Under the pieces are notes generated by a model that had not been told where the DNA came from, made no database searches, and was given only the letters and a program-made list of their open reading frames with translations. Made by a program: the position numbers and the translations under genes. From the IMG/VR virus record IMGVR_UViG_3300036830_000438, positions 3,156 through 67,155 of that record: DNA of 64,000 nt. One strand, written 5' to 3'. Origin of the DNA: a virus. How positions within the stretch are numbered: position 1 is the first letter of the stretch; each line of letters begins with the position of its first letter. Positions 30,625-39,048 of this stretch are shown here, piece by piece.

Positions 30625-31451
30625 AGCTCGGCAAGGGCCTTCGTCGCGACAGCGCCGACCATCCGTGGCGGAAGAAGCAGCGCGACGCGCGGCATCTCCT
30701 CGGCGGTTCGTCGCACATCGGAGTGAAGCGCGCGCCCGGTACCGCCTTCCTCCTCCGCGCGTTCGAGGGGCCAAAGTTCGATCAGCTCGGCTGCGAAGGG
30801 TGCACAATGCACTCGTTTTCGTCCGGGCTCACGATCGTTACGAACTTCGTGAGCACGCCCCTCGGCTTCGTCGCGTCGCCGCTCGACGGCTACGTCGGCG
30901 CGCGGTGCATCGGGCGCGCCGGCGCGGTCGACGTTCCGCTCGCGGACGACGGCGCGATGCTGGCCGACCTCGCCACGTACGTCAGCCGCTTCGGCGTGCG
31001 CCCGATCGGCGCGCTCAACCCGCGGGGCTTCACCGACGTCACGACCGGACCGGGCGGAAACGTCAACATCGAGCCGAACCTCCCCGCGCTCGAAGAAGAC
31101 GCGCAGGCGCTCATCGTCGGCGAATACCGCCTCGACCTCGCGGCACTCACGATCGTCGACGACCTCTGCGCGCTGATCGACAAGGGCATCCCGCCATGGT
31201 TCGGCGGTCCCGTCGGCGCGCGCTTCGAGGGCTACCGCGCCGGCGATCCTGCGTGTCCCGCTGAGCCCACCGGCGACGGGCACGCGACCGTCGGCACGGG
31301 CTACTTCGTGAACGACGATGGGTCCGTCGACTTCGACATCCTCTCGAGTTGGAGCGCCACGTTCGGAGATGACGGGCACGCGCGCGTCTCGAGCGCGTGG
31401 GTTCTGTCGCAGTGGGACGCGTACGCGCTCACGGTTCGGAGGGCAGCATGA
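30621..31451 (+). CDS. Papain-like (C1) cysteine peptidase
   Basis: DQLGCEGC (oxyanion Q, catalytic C), GHATVGTGY (catalytic H), SSWSATFGDDG (NSWG-like). Confidence 0.75.
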   Translation: MKLGKGLRRDSADHPWRKKQRDARHLLGGSSHIGVKRAPGTAFLLRAFEGPKFDQLGCEGCTMHSFSSGLTIVTNFVSTPLGFVASPLDGYVGARCIGRAGAVDVPLADDGAMLADLATYVSRFGVRPIGALNPRGFTDVTTGPGGNVNIEPNLPALEEDAQALIVGEYRLDLAALTIVDDLCALIDKGIPPWFGGPVGARFEGYRAGDPACPAEPTGDGHATVGTGYFVNDDGSVDFDILSSWSATFGDDGHARVSSAWVLSQWDAYALTVRRAA

Positions 31452-31765
31452 TTGTCCGCGTTCGTGTCCAGCGATTCCTCTACGGGCTCGCCACGTTGGG
31501 CGTCTTGGCGGCGCTCGCGTGTCCGCTCGGATGTCCTGGCCCGCAGCCACCCCATCAGGACGCGGCGGATGGGGCCATTCGCGGCACGCCTCAAACGTTC
31601 TGCGATTCGCTCGCGCGCAACGGCTGCAAGGCGGGACTCGATCCGCACTGCGTCGATGTGGTTGCCAACGCCGTCGACGCGGGCCTCACGAGGATCAATC
31701 TCACGCTCTGCGCGAACGCGCAGTCGAAGGACGCGGTCATCGCGTGCGGTGCGTCTTGCGAGTGA
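31448..31765 (+). CDS. Cys-rich putative lipoprotein
   Basis: Signal with ALAC/PLGC; several further Cys. Confidence 0.65.
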   Translation: MIVRVRVQRFLYGLATLGVLAALACPLGCPGPQPPHQDAADGAIRGTPQTFCDSLARNGCKAGLDPHCVDVVANAVDAGLTRINLTLCANAQSKDAVIACGASCE

Positions 31766-31935
31766 AGCGCCGTCCGACGCCGGCGTCCGTGCATCGCGAG
31801 GTGCGCGTGTTGAGGAAGCTCGTCATCGATCTCGCTGAGGCGCTTTACACGCACACGCGCACGGACATCGCGCCGGATGCCGCTCTTCCAAAGATGCGCC
31901 GGATCGTCGTTCGACTGCGAAAGGATCATCAATGA
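31762..31935 (+). CDS. Small basic hypothetical protein
   Basis: GTGA/ATGA overlaps with both neighbours. Confidence 0.5.
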   Translation: MKRRPTPASVHREVRVLRKLVIDLAEALYTHTRTDIAPDAALPKMRRIVVRLRKDHQ

Positions 31936-32330
31936 AAACGGTTGCTCGCTCCGTCGCGTCCCTCGCGATTGTCGCCACGCTCTGCTCGTGCGCGATCGTG
32001 AAGTCCGTCGTCGACCTCGCCGCGTGCATCACCGACCACGCCATCGACGGCGACTCGCTCGCGAAGATCGCGGAGGGCTGCGGTTCCGACATTCCGCCCG
32101 TGGTCACGGCGATCATCCAGTCTACCGACCAGCGCGTGCTCTCCTCGAAGGCGCACGTCGAGTGCGAGACGCTCTGGAAGGTCGTCGAGACCCAAGCGCC
32201 GAAGCACGAGTTGTGGGGCGATGCGGGCGCGACGTCCGCGAACTGGTCGCTCATCTACGACGGAAACGCCTGTTACGCGCAGACGGTGCCGAGTGTCGGC
32301 GGCACGTGTCTGCAGGCGGGCGCACGATGA
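31932..32330 (+). CDS. Putative lipoprotein
   Basis: MKTVARSVASLAIVATLCSC signal/lipobox. Confidence 0.65.
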   Translation: MKTVARSVASLAIVATLCSCAIVKSVVDLAACITDHAIDGDSLAKIAEGCGSDIPPVVTAIIQSTDQRVLSSKAHVECETLWKVVETQAPKHELWGDAGATSANWSLIYDGNACYAQTVPSVGGTCLQAGAR

Positions 32331-32611
32331 GAGTCGGCGCGGTTCTGTTCGCCGGCGCGCTCCTCATCGTCGCGTGCGGCTGGAACGCCGCCACGATGAA
32401 CCCCGAATCGAAAGAGTGGCCGTGCGGCACGCGCGGCATCGTTTGCGGCGGCTCCTACCCGCACGCGTCGTGCTGCTGGCAAGGCGACACCTGCGGCGGC
32501 GTCGATCCGGCGTGCCCCGAAGGGTATTGCTGCTGGGTCGGTGACGACGGCAGCGAATTGAAGCTCGGCGAGTCGGGCTCACACCTGCGGATGCGTCCGC
32601 AGCGTCCGTAA
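32327..32611 (+). CDS. Cys-rich putative lipoprotein
   Basis: LLIVAC lipobox; two CC pairs and further Cys. Confidence 0.65.
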   Translation: MRVGAVLFAGALLIVACGWNAATMNPESKEWPCGTRGIVCGGSYPHASCCWQGDTCGGVDPACPEGYCCWVGDDGSELKLGESGSHLRMRPQRP

Positions 32612-32616
32612 TCCGC

Positions 32617-32835
32617 ATGCCTTTCGAAGATGGGCGGCCGACACCGGACGAGATCGAGCGGCAGCGCGAGGTCGACGCGTATCTCGAGCTCGAGCGATCG
32701 CGTTCACTCCCAAAGAAGATCGCCGACGAGGCCGACCAGACCTCGCAGCGGTCGGCCGTCTTTTACAGCGCGCTCGCCGTCGTCATCGCCGTGATTGCCA
32801 CGTCGTGCGCCGCGCTCGCGATCCACGGCTTCTGA
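32617..32835 (+). CDS. Small membrane protein
   Basis: C-terminal TM segment. Confidence 0.55.
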   Translation: MPFEDGRPTPDEIERQREVDAYLELERSRSLPKKIADEADQTSQRSAVFYSALAVVIAVIATSCAALAIHGF

Positions 32836-33005
32836 TGTTGTGTTTCCGATGCCGCGAGCGCGAGGCGAATCCGGCGAACTTCGGCACCTGCGATCCGTGC
32901 GACGACGCCGACCCGCAGGCGTTCGCCTTGTGCCGCGACGTCATCGGCGAGACCTCGTCGGATCGGACGACGCGCGAACTGCTCGAACTTCCGTGGAGGG
33001 CGTGA
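32835..33005 (+). CDS. Small CxxC Zn-binding protein
   Basis: CFRC...CDPC; TGATG coupling. Confidence 0.5.
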   Translation: MLCFRCREREANPANFGTCDPCDDADPQAFALCRDVIGETSSDRTTRELLELPWRA

Positions 33006-33006
33006 C

Positions 33007-33198
33007 GTGGACTCACTCGACGACGACGACGACAAGACGCCGACGGAGTCGCCGAGCGCGATGCACCGGCTCGGCCTCGCGACGTGTTTCGTGTGCGATG
33101 GCGCGCGCATCGTCGACGGGAAGAAATGCGAGAAGTGCGGCGGCGGCGGCCGCGTCACGCTCACCGAGTTCAACGCGCACCTCGGGCTCAAGCCGTGA
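33007..33198 (+). CDS. Small Zn-finger protein (DnaJ-like CxxCxGxG)
   Basis: CFVCDG...CEKCGGGG. Confidence 0.55.
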   Translation: MDSLDDDDDKTPTESPSAMHRLGLATCFVCDGARIVDGKKCEKCGGGGRVTLTEFNAHLGLKP

Positions 33199-33380
33199 GC
33201 GACAAGGACGGCGCGAGCTTCATCGCGGTGCTCTCGTGCAGCGCGGGACACTCGCGCGAGATCCCGAACGTCGATGTTGAGGTCATGAAGTGGCTCAAGG
33301 CGAACGTCGAGAAGCGGATCCCGCGCTGCGACAAGTGCTCGCGGCTCATCACGCGCGTGGAAGAAAGGCGGCTCTCATGA
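33195..33380 (+). CDS. Small Zn-ribbon protein
   Basis: CSAGH...CDKC; overlaps both neighbours. Confidence 0.5.
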   Translation: MSDKDGASFIAVLSCSAGHSREIPNVDVEVMKWLKANVEKRIPRCDKCSRLITRVEERRLS

Positions 33381-33547
33381 TCGTGTTCAACGCGACACCG
33401 GGATGCGAGTGCGAGACGTGCGTCGCCATTCGTCGCGCTACGCCGCGCATCCCCACGCTCGAGGAGCAGAGGCGGCACGATCGCTTCATGCGCGAGCTCT
33501 CGAATCCTGAGCGCAAACCACTGCGCGATCGCATTCACACCGGCTGA
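33377..33547 (+). CDS. Small Cys-motif protein
   Basis: CECETC; ATGA overlap. Confidence 0.45.
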   Translation: MIVFNATPGCECETCVAIRRATPRIPTLEEQRRHDRFMRELSNPERKPLRDRIHTG

Positions 33548-33558
33548 GGAGAACGACC

Positions 33559-33903
33559 ATGCCCCATTACGCAGACGGATCAGAAGCCCACGTCGGAGAC
33601 CAAGTCATCGCGCCCGTGTTCAACAGCGGCGGGCCGAAGGGCGGCACGATCGTGTCGATCACACCTGGCGTGGAGTCGTGCAACGCGATGGTCCAGTTCA
33701 CGGAGGTTACCGAGATCGACGCACCGAGGCCGCGCATGGCGGTGAGTGCGAGGCCAGAACTCGTGAAGTGCGAGGCGCACGGCAGCGGCGGACGCCTCGT
33801 CGCGCTGTGGACGTGCGCGGACTACTGCGACACGAACAAGCTCACGTGCATCGCGTCGCGCGCGGTCATCGACGGCAAGCTCACGCCGGCGCCGACATCG
33901 TGA
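33559..33903 (+). CDS. Hypothetical protein
   Basis: Strong GAGGAG RBS; MPHYADGSEAHVGD start. Confidence 0.7.
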   Translation: MPHYADGSEAHVGDQVIAPVFNSGGPKGGTIVSITPGVESCNAMVQFTEVTEIDAPRPRMAVSARPELVKCEAHGSGGRLVALWTCADYCDTNKLTCIASRAVIDGKLTPAPTS

Positions 33904-34592
33904 CCGTCCAAGGCATCGACGCGAGCGCGTTCAGCGGCAACCTCGACTGGGACGCCGTCGCCCGCGACTGCGGCTTCGTGTGCCTCAAGGGCACCGACGG
34001 CATCAATGACGTAGACCGGACGCTGCTCTTGCGGGCGAACAACGCGCGCCGCGTTGGACTCGGTGCCGCGATCGTCGTCTACCACTTCGGACACGTGCGC
34101 CACGGAATGAAGCAAGACGCCGACGAGCAAGCGAAACAGGCGATGGACGCCATGGCCAAGGCCGGCGGCTCGGAGATGTGGCTCGACATCGAGATGGATT
34201 CGGTGAGCGGCGGTCAGCACGGGGGGATCGCGAAAACGCTCCTCGACCCGCATGCCGATCCGGACATCAAAGCCGCCCTTCATGACGAGGTCCGCGCGTT
34301 CGCCGAGTTGTTCGTCGTGACGTGGGAGCAGATCCTGGGCGGACCGCTGGTCGGGTATTCGAGCCCGGGCGAGATGGCGACGCTCGGATTGGATCAGGTG
34401 AGCGCGTTTACGTCGCTGCCGCTCGCGCTCGCCGAGTACATCGCTCCGCCAGGAACGGCGAACGTGAACGTCCCGACGCACGCTCCGAAGCTGCCGACGC
34501 CGTACACGTCGTGGCGCTACTGGCAGTACGGCGGCAACTGCCCGCGCTACGGCGGCAACGTCGACCTGCTCGTGCGCAACGACGCACCCTAA
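33900..34592 (+). CDS. GH25 muramidase endolysin
   Basis: GIDAS, LKGTDG, YHF, LDIE (DxE), WQY and VD motifs. Confidence 0.9.
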   Translation: MTVQGIDASAFSGNLDWDAVARDCGFVCLKGTDGINDVDRTLLLRANNARRVGLGAAIVVYHFGHVRHGMKQDADEQAKQAMDAMAKAGGSEMWLDIEMDSVSGGQHGGIAKTLLDPHADPDIKAALHDEVRAFAELFVVTWEQILGGPLVGYSSPGEMATLGLDQVSAFTSLPLALAEYIAPPGTANVNVPTHAPKLPTPYTSWRYWQYGGNCPRYGGNVDLLVRNDAP

Positions 34593-34630
34593 CCTCTCGG
34601 CCGCGACCCCTCCTCCCCGTCGGCCCTCCC

Positions 34631-34680
34631 GCGCCCGCTTGGTCCCTCCGCCGGGATCGAGCGGGCGCTTCTCTTATTTT
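34631..34680 (+). terminator. Intrinsic terminator ending the late operon
   Basis: GCGCCCGCTTGGTCCC/GGGATCGAGCGGGCGC stem followed by TTCTCTTATTTT. Confidence 0.75.
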
Positions 34681-34757
34681 GTGAGGTGCACCATGTAACC
34701 CACGTCCCCTGAGCGCGCTGGAGCGGCGCATCTCGAGCGCGACCGTTCGCAGCACCC

Positions 34758-34795
34758 AACCCGATCCGCCACCGCGGGTCGGGTTTTCGTCTTTT
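34758..34795 (+). terminator. Second hairpin plus T-tract
   Basis: AACCCGATCCGC/GCGGGTCGGGTT stem then TTCGTCTTTT. Confidence 0.6.
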
Positions 34796-34943
34796 GTTCG
34801 CAACGTCGGTGCCGCTCGCGCCGATGGGGTCACGTGACGGAGGATTCGCACTGCGTCACCGCGTAAGGCTTCACCCTGCGCGCGTCGCCTCGGCCCGACT
34901 CGCGAGCGGGCTTCGGCGGCGGTTACATGCGTAATGCACGCAT

Positions 34944-35169
34944 CGTTTCCCCCCAGTTGCCCAACGCGGTGTCATTTCGTGGTGCACGACGTATCGCAGC
35001 GGTCGTGCCTGTCTCGGAATCCCCTGCAGAAAAGCCGACATCCCGCGTGAAATGACGTCGTTTGAAAAAGTCGGGTTCGGGACCGGTGTCCCGCTCCAAT
35101 CAGAACAAAAGCTAAGTCGTAACCGTTACTTCCGCGACGCGCCCTCCGGCCGTTTCCCCCCAGTTGCCC
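34944..35169. other. Putative attP: tRNA-Gly-like core flanked by 19-bp direct repeats
   Basis: CGTTTCCCCCCAGTTGCCC at 34944-34962 and 35151-35169. GGGTTCGGGACCGGTGTCCCGCTCCA at 35073-35098. Adjacent to the 3' end of int. Confidence 0.75.
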
Positions 35170-36241
35170 TTTCCAGTGTCGCAACGGCGGCGGTCCGATC
35201 CCCGTCGAGCGCGTGGATGTAGAGCGACGTCGTCTCGAGGTCGCGGTGGCCCATGAGCTCCTGCACGGCCTTGATGTTCGCGCCGCCGCGGACGGTCTCC
35301 GAGCCGAACGCGTGCCGAAGCGAATGGAACGACCACGTCGGCGTGATGCCGAGACGCTTCTGCAGCGCGACGAAGCACTTGTAGAGCTTCTGCCGCGTCG
35401 GGATGCGCCCCTGCTCGTCCGCCATGAGGAGCTCGCTCGGATCTCGGTCGCGAATCGCCTCGCCGAGAATCGCGCGAAGTGGCAGCGCGATCGGGATGTC
35501 CCGCTCCGCGTCGCCCTTCGTCGACCACACTTCCTCGTTCGAGAGCGCGCGCCGGATGTGGAGCACGCCTTTGCGCAGGTCTACATCCCCGATGCGCGAC
35601 GCGCGCGCCTCGCCGTTGCGGTTCGTGCCGTAGTACGCGAGCGCGATCGCCGTGCGCAGCCACCCCGAGCTGCCATCCAGGCACTGCTCGACGACGTCGC
35701 GCGACGGCGCCGACGTGAGCTTCCGCGATTGCCGTTCCACCTTCGGAAGCGCTGGCATCGTGGCGATCGCACCGTGCTCGTGCGCCGTCGCGAGGATGCG
35801 CCGGAGCAAGATCAGGTGCTGCCGCGGCGACGAACCGCGTTTGCAGATGAACGCCTCGAGCTCGCGGAACTCGCGCGCGCCGATCTCGTCGATGCGCGTC
35901 CGCCCGAGGACCTCGATGATGCCGTGCTGCGTGAGCACGCGGCCGTAACGCTCACGCGTCGCCGGGCTGTACTTCGGCTTCATCACGAGCGGCTCGAAGT
36001 CGTCGCGCACGAACCGCTCGAGCGTCACCGCCGCCGGCGACGCCTCCGCGCTCCCATGCTCCACTGCACGCCGACGCAACCGATCGGCCTCCGCGCGCGC
36101 TGCCGTCTTCGTTTGGACGGATGCGTCGCGGCGGAAGCGAGCTTCGCGTCCGTCTTTGTCGCGATATCGAAAGTCAATGACCAGGATCTCGCGGCTCCCA
36201 CGCCGCTCGATGCGAATGCCGTCTCTATTTCGTGCGCCCAT
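35126..36241 (-). CDS. int: Tyrosine integrase
   Basis: Catalytic R (TNRNGE), K (TKG), HSLRH, MGH and Y; GAGGAGG RBS before ATG 36241. Confidence 0.95.
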   Translation of the reverse strand: MGARNRDGIRIERRGSREILVIDFRYRDKDGREARFRRDASVQTKTAARAEADRLRRRAVEHGSAEASPAAVTLERFVRDDFEPLVMKPKYSPATRERYGRVLTQHGIIEVLGRTRIDEIGAREFRELEAFICKRGSSPRQHLILLRRILATAHEHGAIATMPALPKVERQSRKLTSAPSRDVVEQCLDGSSGWLRTAIALAYYGTNRNGEARASRIGDVDLRKGVLHIRRALSNEEVWSTKGDAERDIPIALPLRAILGEAIRDRDPSELLMADEQGRIPTRQKLYKCFVALQKRLGITPTWSFHSLRHAFGSETVRGGANIKAVQELMGHRDLETTSLYIHALDGDRTAAVATLERATGGKRPEGASRK

Positions 36242-36305
36242 GAAGTTTCCTCCTCGGACGCCACTCACGCGTGACGCGACGACGTTAGCAGAGTTATACA
36301 CTCGG

Positions 36306-36720
36306 TCATCGCGTGCGTTCCGGAGGCCATCGGTTGATACGCGCGACGCCGGCCTGCTTGATCCACATCGGATGGTGAATCGGGCAGAGGTGGCGGTCGT
36401 CGCCGATCTCTCGCGCGTGGCCCGGAACAAAGCGGGAGATCGCACGTCTTGCCGCGGCCCATCGGCCAATCGCAGAGGAACGCGCCTTCTCGGTCGCAAC
36501 TCGTCTCGCGGCACATCTCCATCTTGAAGTCGCCGCAGATCGTGATGAGGCCGGGGTCGTCGAGCGCGTCGTTCTTCGCGTCCCACGCTGCTTTGATACG
36601 TGCGTTGTTCGCGGCACCGAGCTTGGGGTCGGGCTCGTACTCGTTGTCGTGCCCGCTGATCTCCCGGACCATCTGCCGCTGCGTCATGGGCTCGGGTCGA
36701 TATCGGTAACAGGGCATCAC
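36306..36720 (-). pseudogene. Zn-finger protein interrupted by an apparent +1 frameshift near 36426
   Basis: CDWP...KTCDLPLC continues as PGHAREIGDDRHLCPIH only in another frame. Confidence 0.55.
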
Positions 36721-36929
36721 GCCACCTCGCGATCGACCCGCGGCACGTGCACGCGCCAGGTCGTGCCGAGCTTCTTCGCGACGACGCCCATCCCGAGCTC
36801 AGCGACGATTTGCCCGTTCACCTTCCGCGCGGCGCGCCGGCAGCGCGCGCGGAGCGCCTGCGGCTCGAGCTCCAGCTTCGGGGCCGCAGTTTCGATCGTC
36901 TCCCATTCCACGCGCTCGCTGGTTTTCAT
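36717..36929 (-). CDS. Putative excisionase-like HTH protein
   Basis: 70 aa basic protein with AAPKL...ALRARC helix and KKLGTTWRV wing; upstream of int. Confidence 0.55.
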   Translation of the reverse strand: MKTSERVEWETIETAAPKLELEPQALRARCRRAARKVNGQIVAELGMGVVAKKLGTTWRVHVPRVDREVA

Positions 36930-36931
36930 CC

Positions 36932-37336
36932 TCAACTCCTGCTCTTCAATGCTTTGAGACACCGCGGACACGTCACCGCTGCTTCCTGTTCGCTCCACCG
37001 AACGCGCGCTCTCACGGTCCGAGCGCACGCCGTCTGCATGGTCGTCCGGTGCGCGAAGTGAATCGGCTTGGCTTTGAAAGCGAAGCCGTCGGCCATCGCT
37101 TCGCGCAGTCTTTCACGCGCGGCCGCGCGCTCCGCAGCCCGGCGATGCCAAAACGCGATGAGCAGAACTGCTCGCGCGCAGAAGCGGTCCTTCCACAGCA
37201 TGCGCTCGCCGTCGTCGATGCGACCGCGGAGCGTCCTGAAATGCGGCGTGCGCCACGACATGCGCACCGGACAACGGAACCAATAGTGTTCGGCGCGCCG
37301 GTAAATGGCGGCGGCGTCCGTGCTCGTCATGATCAT
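36932..37336 (-). CDS. Hypothetical protein with C-terminal CxxC
   Basis: VTCPRC; overlap with upstream gene. Confidence 0.5.
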   Translation of the reverse strand: MIMTSTDAAAIYRRAEHYWFRCPVRMSWRTPHFRTLRGRIDDGERMLWKDRFCARAVLLIAFWHRRAAERAAARERLREAMADGFAFKAKPIHFAHRTTMQTACARTVRARVRWSEQEAAVTCPRCLKALKSRS

Positions 37337-37881
37337 CGCGTCACCTGTGTGGCGATGGCGCCGTCGAAGCGCTCAAAGGTCGTGTCGTACGCAAGCATGA
37401 GCGGATGCCGCGGCTCGTTGTCGGCGGTGCGCCCGAAACACATCGGCGACGCCTGCATGACGAGCGCGCGGAGTGGCTGGGCGAGCTCGCGCTCGGCGCG
37501 AGACGGAAACCGCCCCCACGCCGCGATCCGCGTGTCCGAGTAGCGCAGTGCCGCGCGGAGCATGTTCGCGTTCGCGGGCCCAACCTGGTCGCCGGCATCG
37601 CGCAGCTTTCGCGGATCGGTCGCGCGACGCCCGAAGAGATTCACTACGATGAATCCAGCGTGCCCGAGCCGCTGCGTGAAGCCCGTCACCTTGCGGATGG
37701 TGGGATCATCGAAGCGCGCGTCGGCGGTGCTTGGATTGAGCATGATCCACACGGCGAGCGTGCCGCGTTGCCACGCGCGGTGGAGCATGTATCGGTACAG
37801 CCCTCCGCCGCCGAAAACGGCCCACGAGCCCCAGACGCCTTCGGTCACGATGCCGAGCCGCGAAAAGTCGGGCGGGTTCAT
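37333..37881 (-). CDS. DUF1643 family protein
   Basis: YRY.L.R.W, MLNPSTAD...DDPTIRK, VNLF..RATDP, AWG and PRHPL motifs. Confidence 0.85.
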   Translation of the reverse strand: MNPPDFSRLGIVTEGVWGSWAVFGGGGLYRYMLHRAWQRGTLAVWIMLNPSTADARFDDPTIRKVTGFTQRLGHAGFIVVNLFGRRATDPRKLRDAGDQVGPANANMLRAALRYSDTRIAAWGRFPSRAERELAQPLRALVMQASPMCFGRTADNEPRHPLMLAYDTTFERFDGAIATQVTR

Positions 37882-38156
37882 GTGGTGGTGTCTCCCATGA
37901 TGAAATCCTCGACCGCCTCGACGATCCACCACGCTTGATGCTCGCGCGCGAACTCGAGCGCGGCGACGATCGCAAAGTCGCGCTCCTGCTCCGCACACAA
38001 GGCGTCACCGCGCGAGATGGTGTTGCCGCCGGTGACGTGGCACCGCGAGAACGTGAACGCCCACGCGAACGCGACGCCTTGGGCGTCAAGCGCGTCCCAT
38101 TCGGCGCGCGACATCTCGCACCACTGCCGGCCGTCGTCGAACGAACCGAACTTCAT
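37878..38156 (-). CDS. Hypothetical protein
   Basis: MKFGSFDD start; overlaps neighbours. Confidence 0.55.
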   Translation of the reverse strand: MKFGSFDDGRQWCEMSRAEWDALDAQGVAFAWAFTFSRCHVTGGNTISRGDALCAEQERDFAIVAALEFAREHQAWWIVEAVEDFIMGDTTT

Positions 38157-38836
38157 CCGACGCGCCTCCGTCGCTTCGCGCGCTCGTCCTGCTCCTCGTT
38201 CCAGTCGTCGACGAGCTCCTGCTCGACGCGGGCATCGACAGCTACGCGCTGCTTCCGCTCCTCTGCCGTTTTGATGACCGCGAGGACCTCGGCCGCCGTC
38301 TCCGGATCGAGGTCGTGCAACTCGCACGACACGCTCACGCCGTGGGTCCCGCGCTCCGGATCGACGCGCAGTCGATAGACCGCGTCGGGCCCACCGTGGA
38401 TGTGGACGCCATCGCCGCGTCGCGTTGCGTCCGTGCTCGGATGCCCACCGACGACCGCAGCGATGCGCGCGGCGACCGCCTTCGCGTCGTGGACGTTGGC
38501 GTTGTGGCGATCGACGTACGCGCGCGCGATCGCGTATTCGTGATCGTAGCCGGGGATGAGCCGGCGCTGGATCTCCCGTGCGATGGCCTCTGGCGTGCGC
38601 GTCGCAGCGCACGTGATCTCCGCGCGCTCGCGCGAGCTCCAATACGTCGGCCCGTCCGCGAACTTCGGCCACATCCCCGCGATCGACACGCGGCCCTTCG
38701 CGGACCATGAGCCGACCATCACGCCGATGCGCGCGCCGTCCGCACGAACGAGGTACGCGATGTGATCGTACGCGGGCTCGAACGTCCAGCCCGGGAGGTG
38801 CGGCGCGATCGCGGCGGCGAGCTCGGGAGCCTTCAT
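38153..38836 (-). CDS. Hypothetical protein
   Basis: MKAPEL start; phage-like codon usage. Confidence 0.65.
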   Translation of the reverse strand: MKAPELAAAIAPHLPGWTFEPAYDHIAYLVRADGARIGVMVGSWSAKGRVSIAGMWPKFADGPTYWSSRERAEITCAATRTPEAIAREIQRRLIPGYDHEYAIARAYVDRHNANVHDAKAVAARIAAVVGGHPSTDATRRGDGVHIHGGPDAVYRLRVDPERGTHGVSVSCELHDLDPETAAEVLAVIKTAEERKQRVAVDARVEQELVDDWNEEQDERAKRRRRVG

Positions 38837-39048
38837 CGTGACCGCATCGCCTCTGCGTTGCGCAGATCGATCGTTGCCGCGCGATGGCTCAGCGCGATCC
38901 ATCCGCGTGTGCTCTGGGCCTGCGCGAGCGAGCGACGGAGTGTCTCGATGTGCTCGTCCGCTTCAAGCAGCTCTCGGCTCGTGCGAAGCACATCAGCTCG
39001 CGCTCTCTCGACCCATGCGTGCGCGTCGAACTTGAGAATGCCAGTCAC
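38833..39048 (-). CDS. Small coiled-coil hypothetical protein
   Basis: 4-bp overlaps on both sides. Confidence 0.5.
   Translation of the reverse strand: MTGILKFDAHAWVERARADVLRTSRELLEADEHIETLRRSLAQAQSTRGWIALSHRAATIDLRNAEAMRSR

Noticed and set aside
34686-34939. Retron msr-msd (terminal inverted repeats around stems)
   Set aside because: No reverse transcriptase in the window and no recognisable msr features; kept only as an unclassified structured element.
36242-36586. 115-aa N-terminal extension of the integrase in the ORF track
   Set aside because: A strong GAGGAGG RBS precedes ATG 36241, and the extension overlaps the Zn-finger gene.
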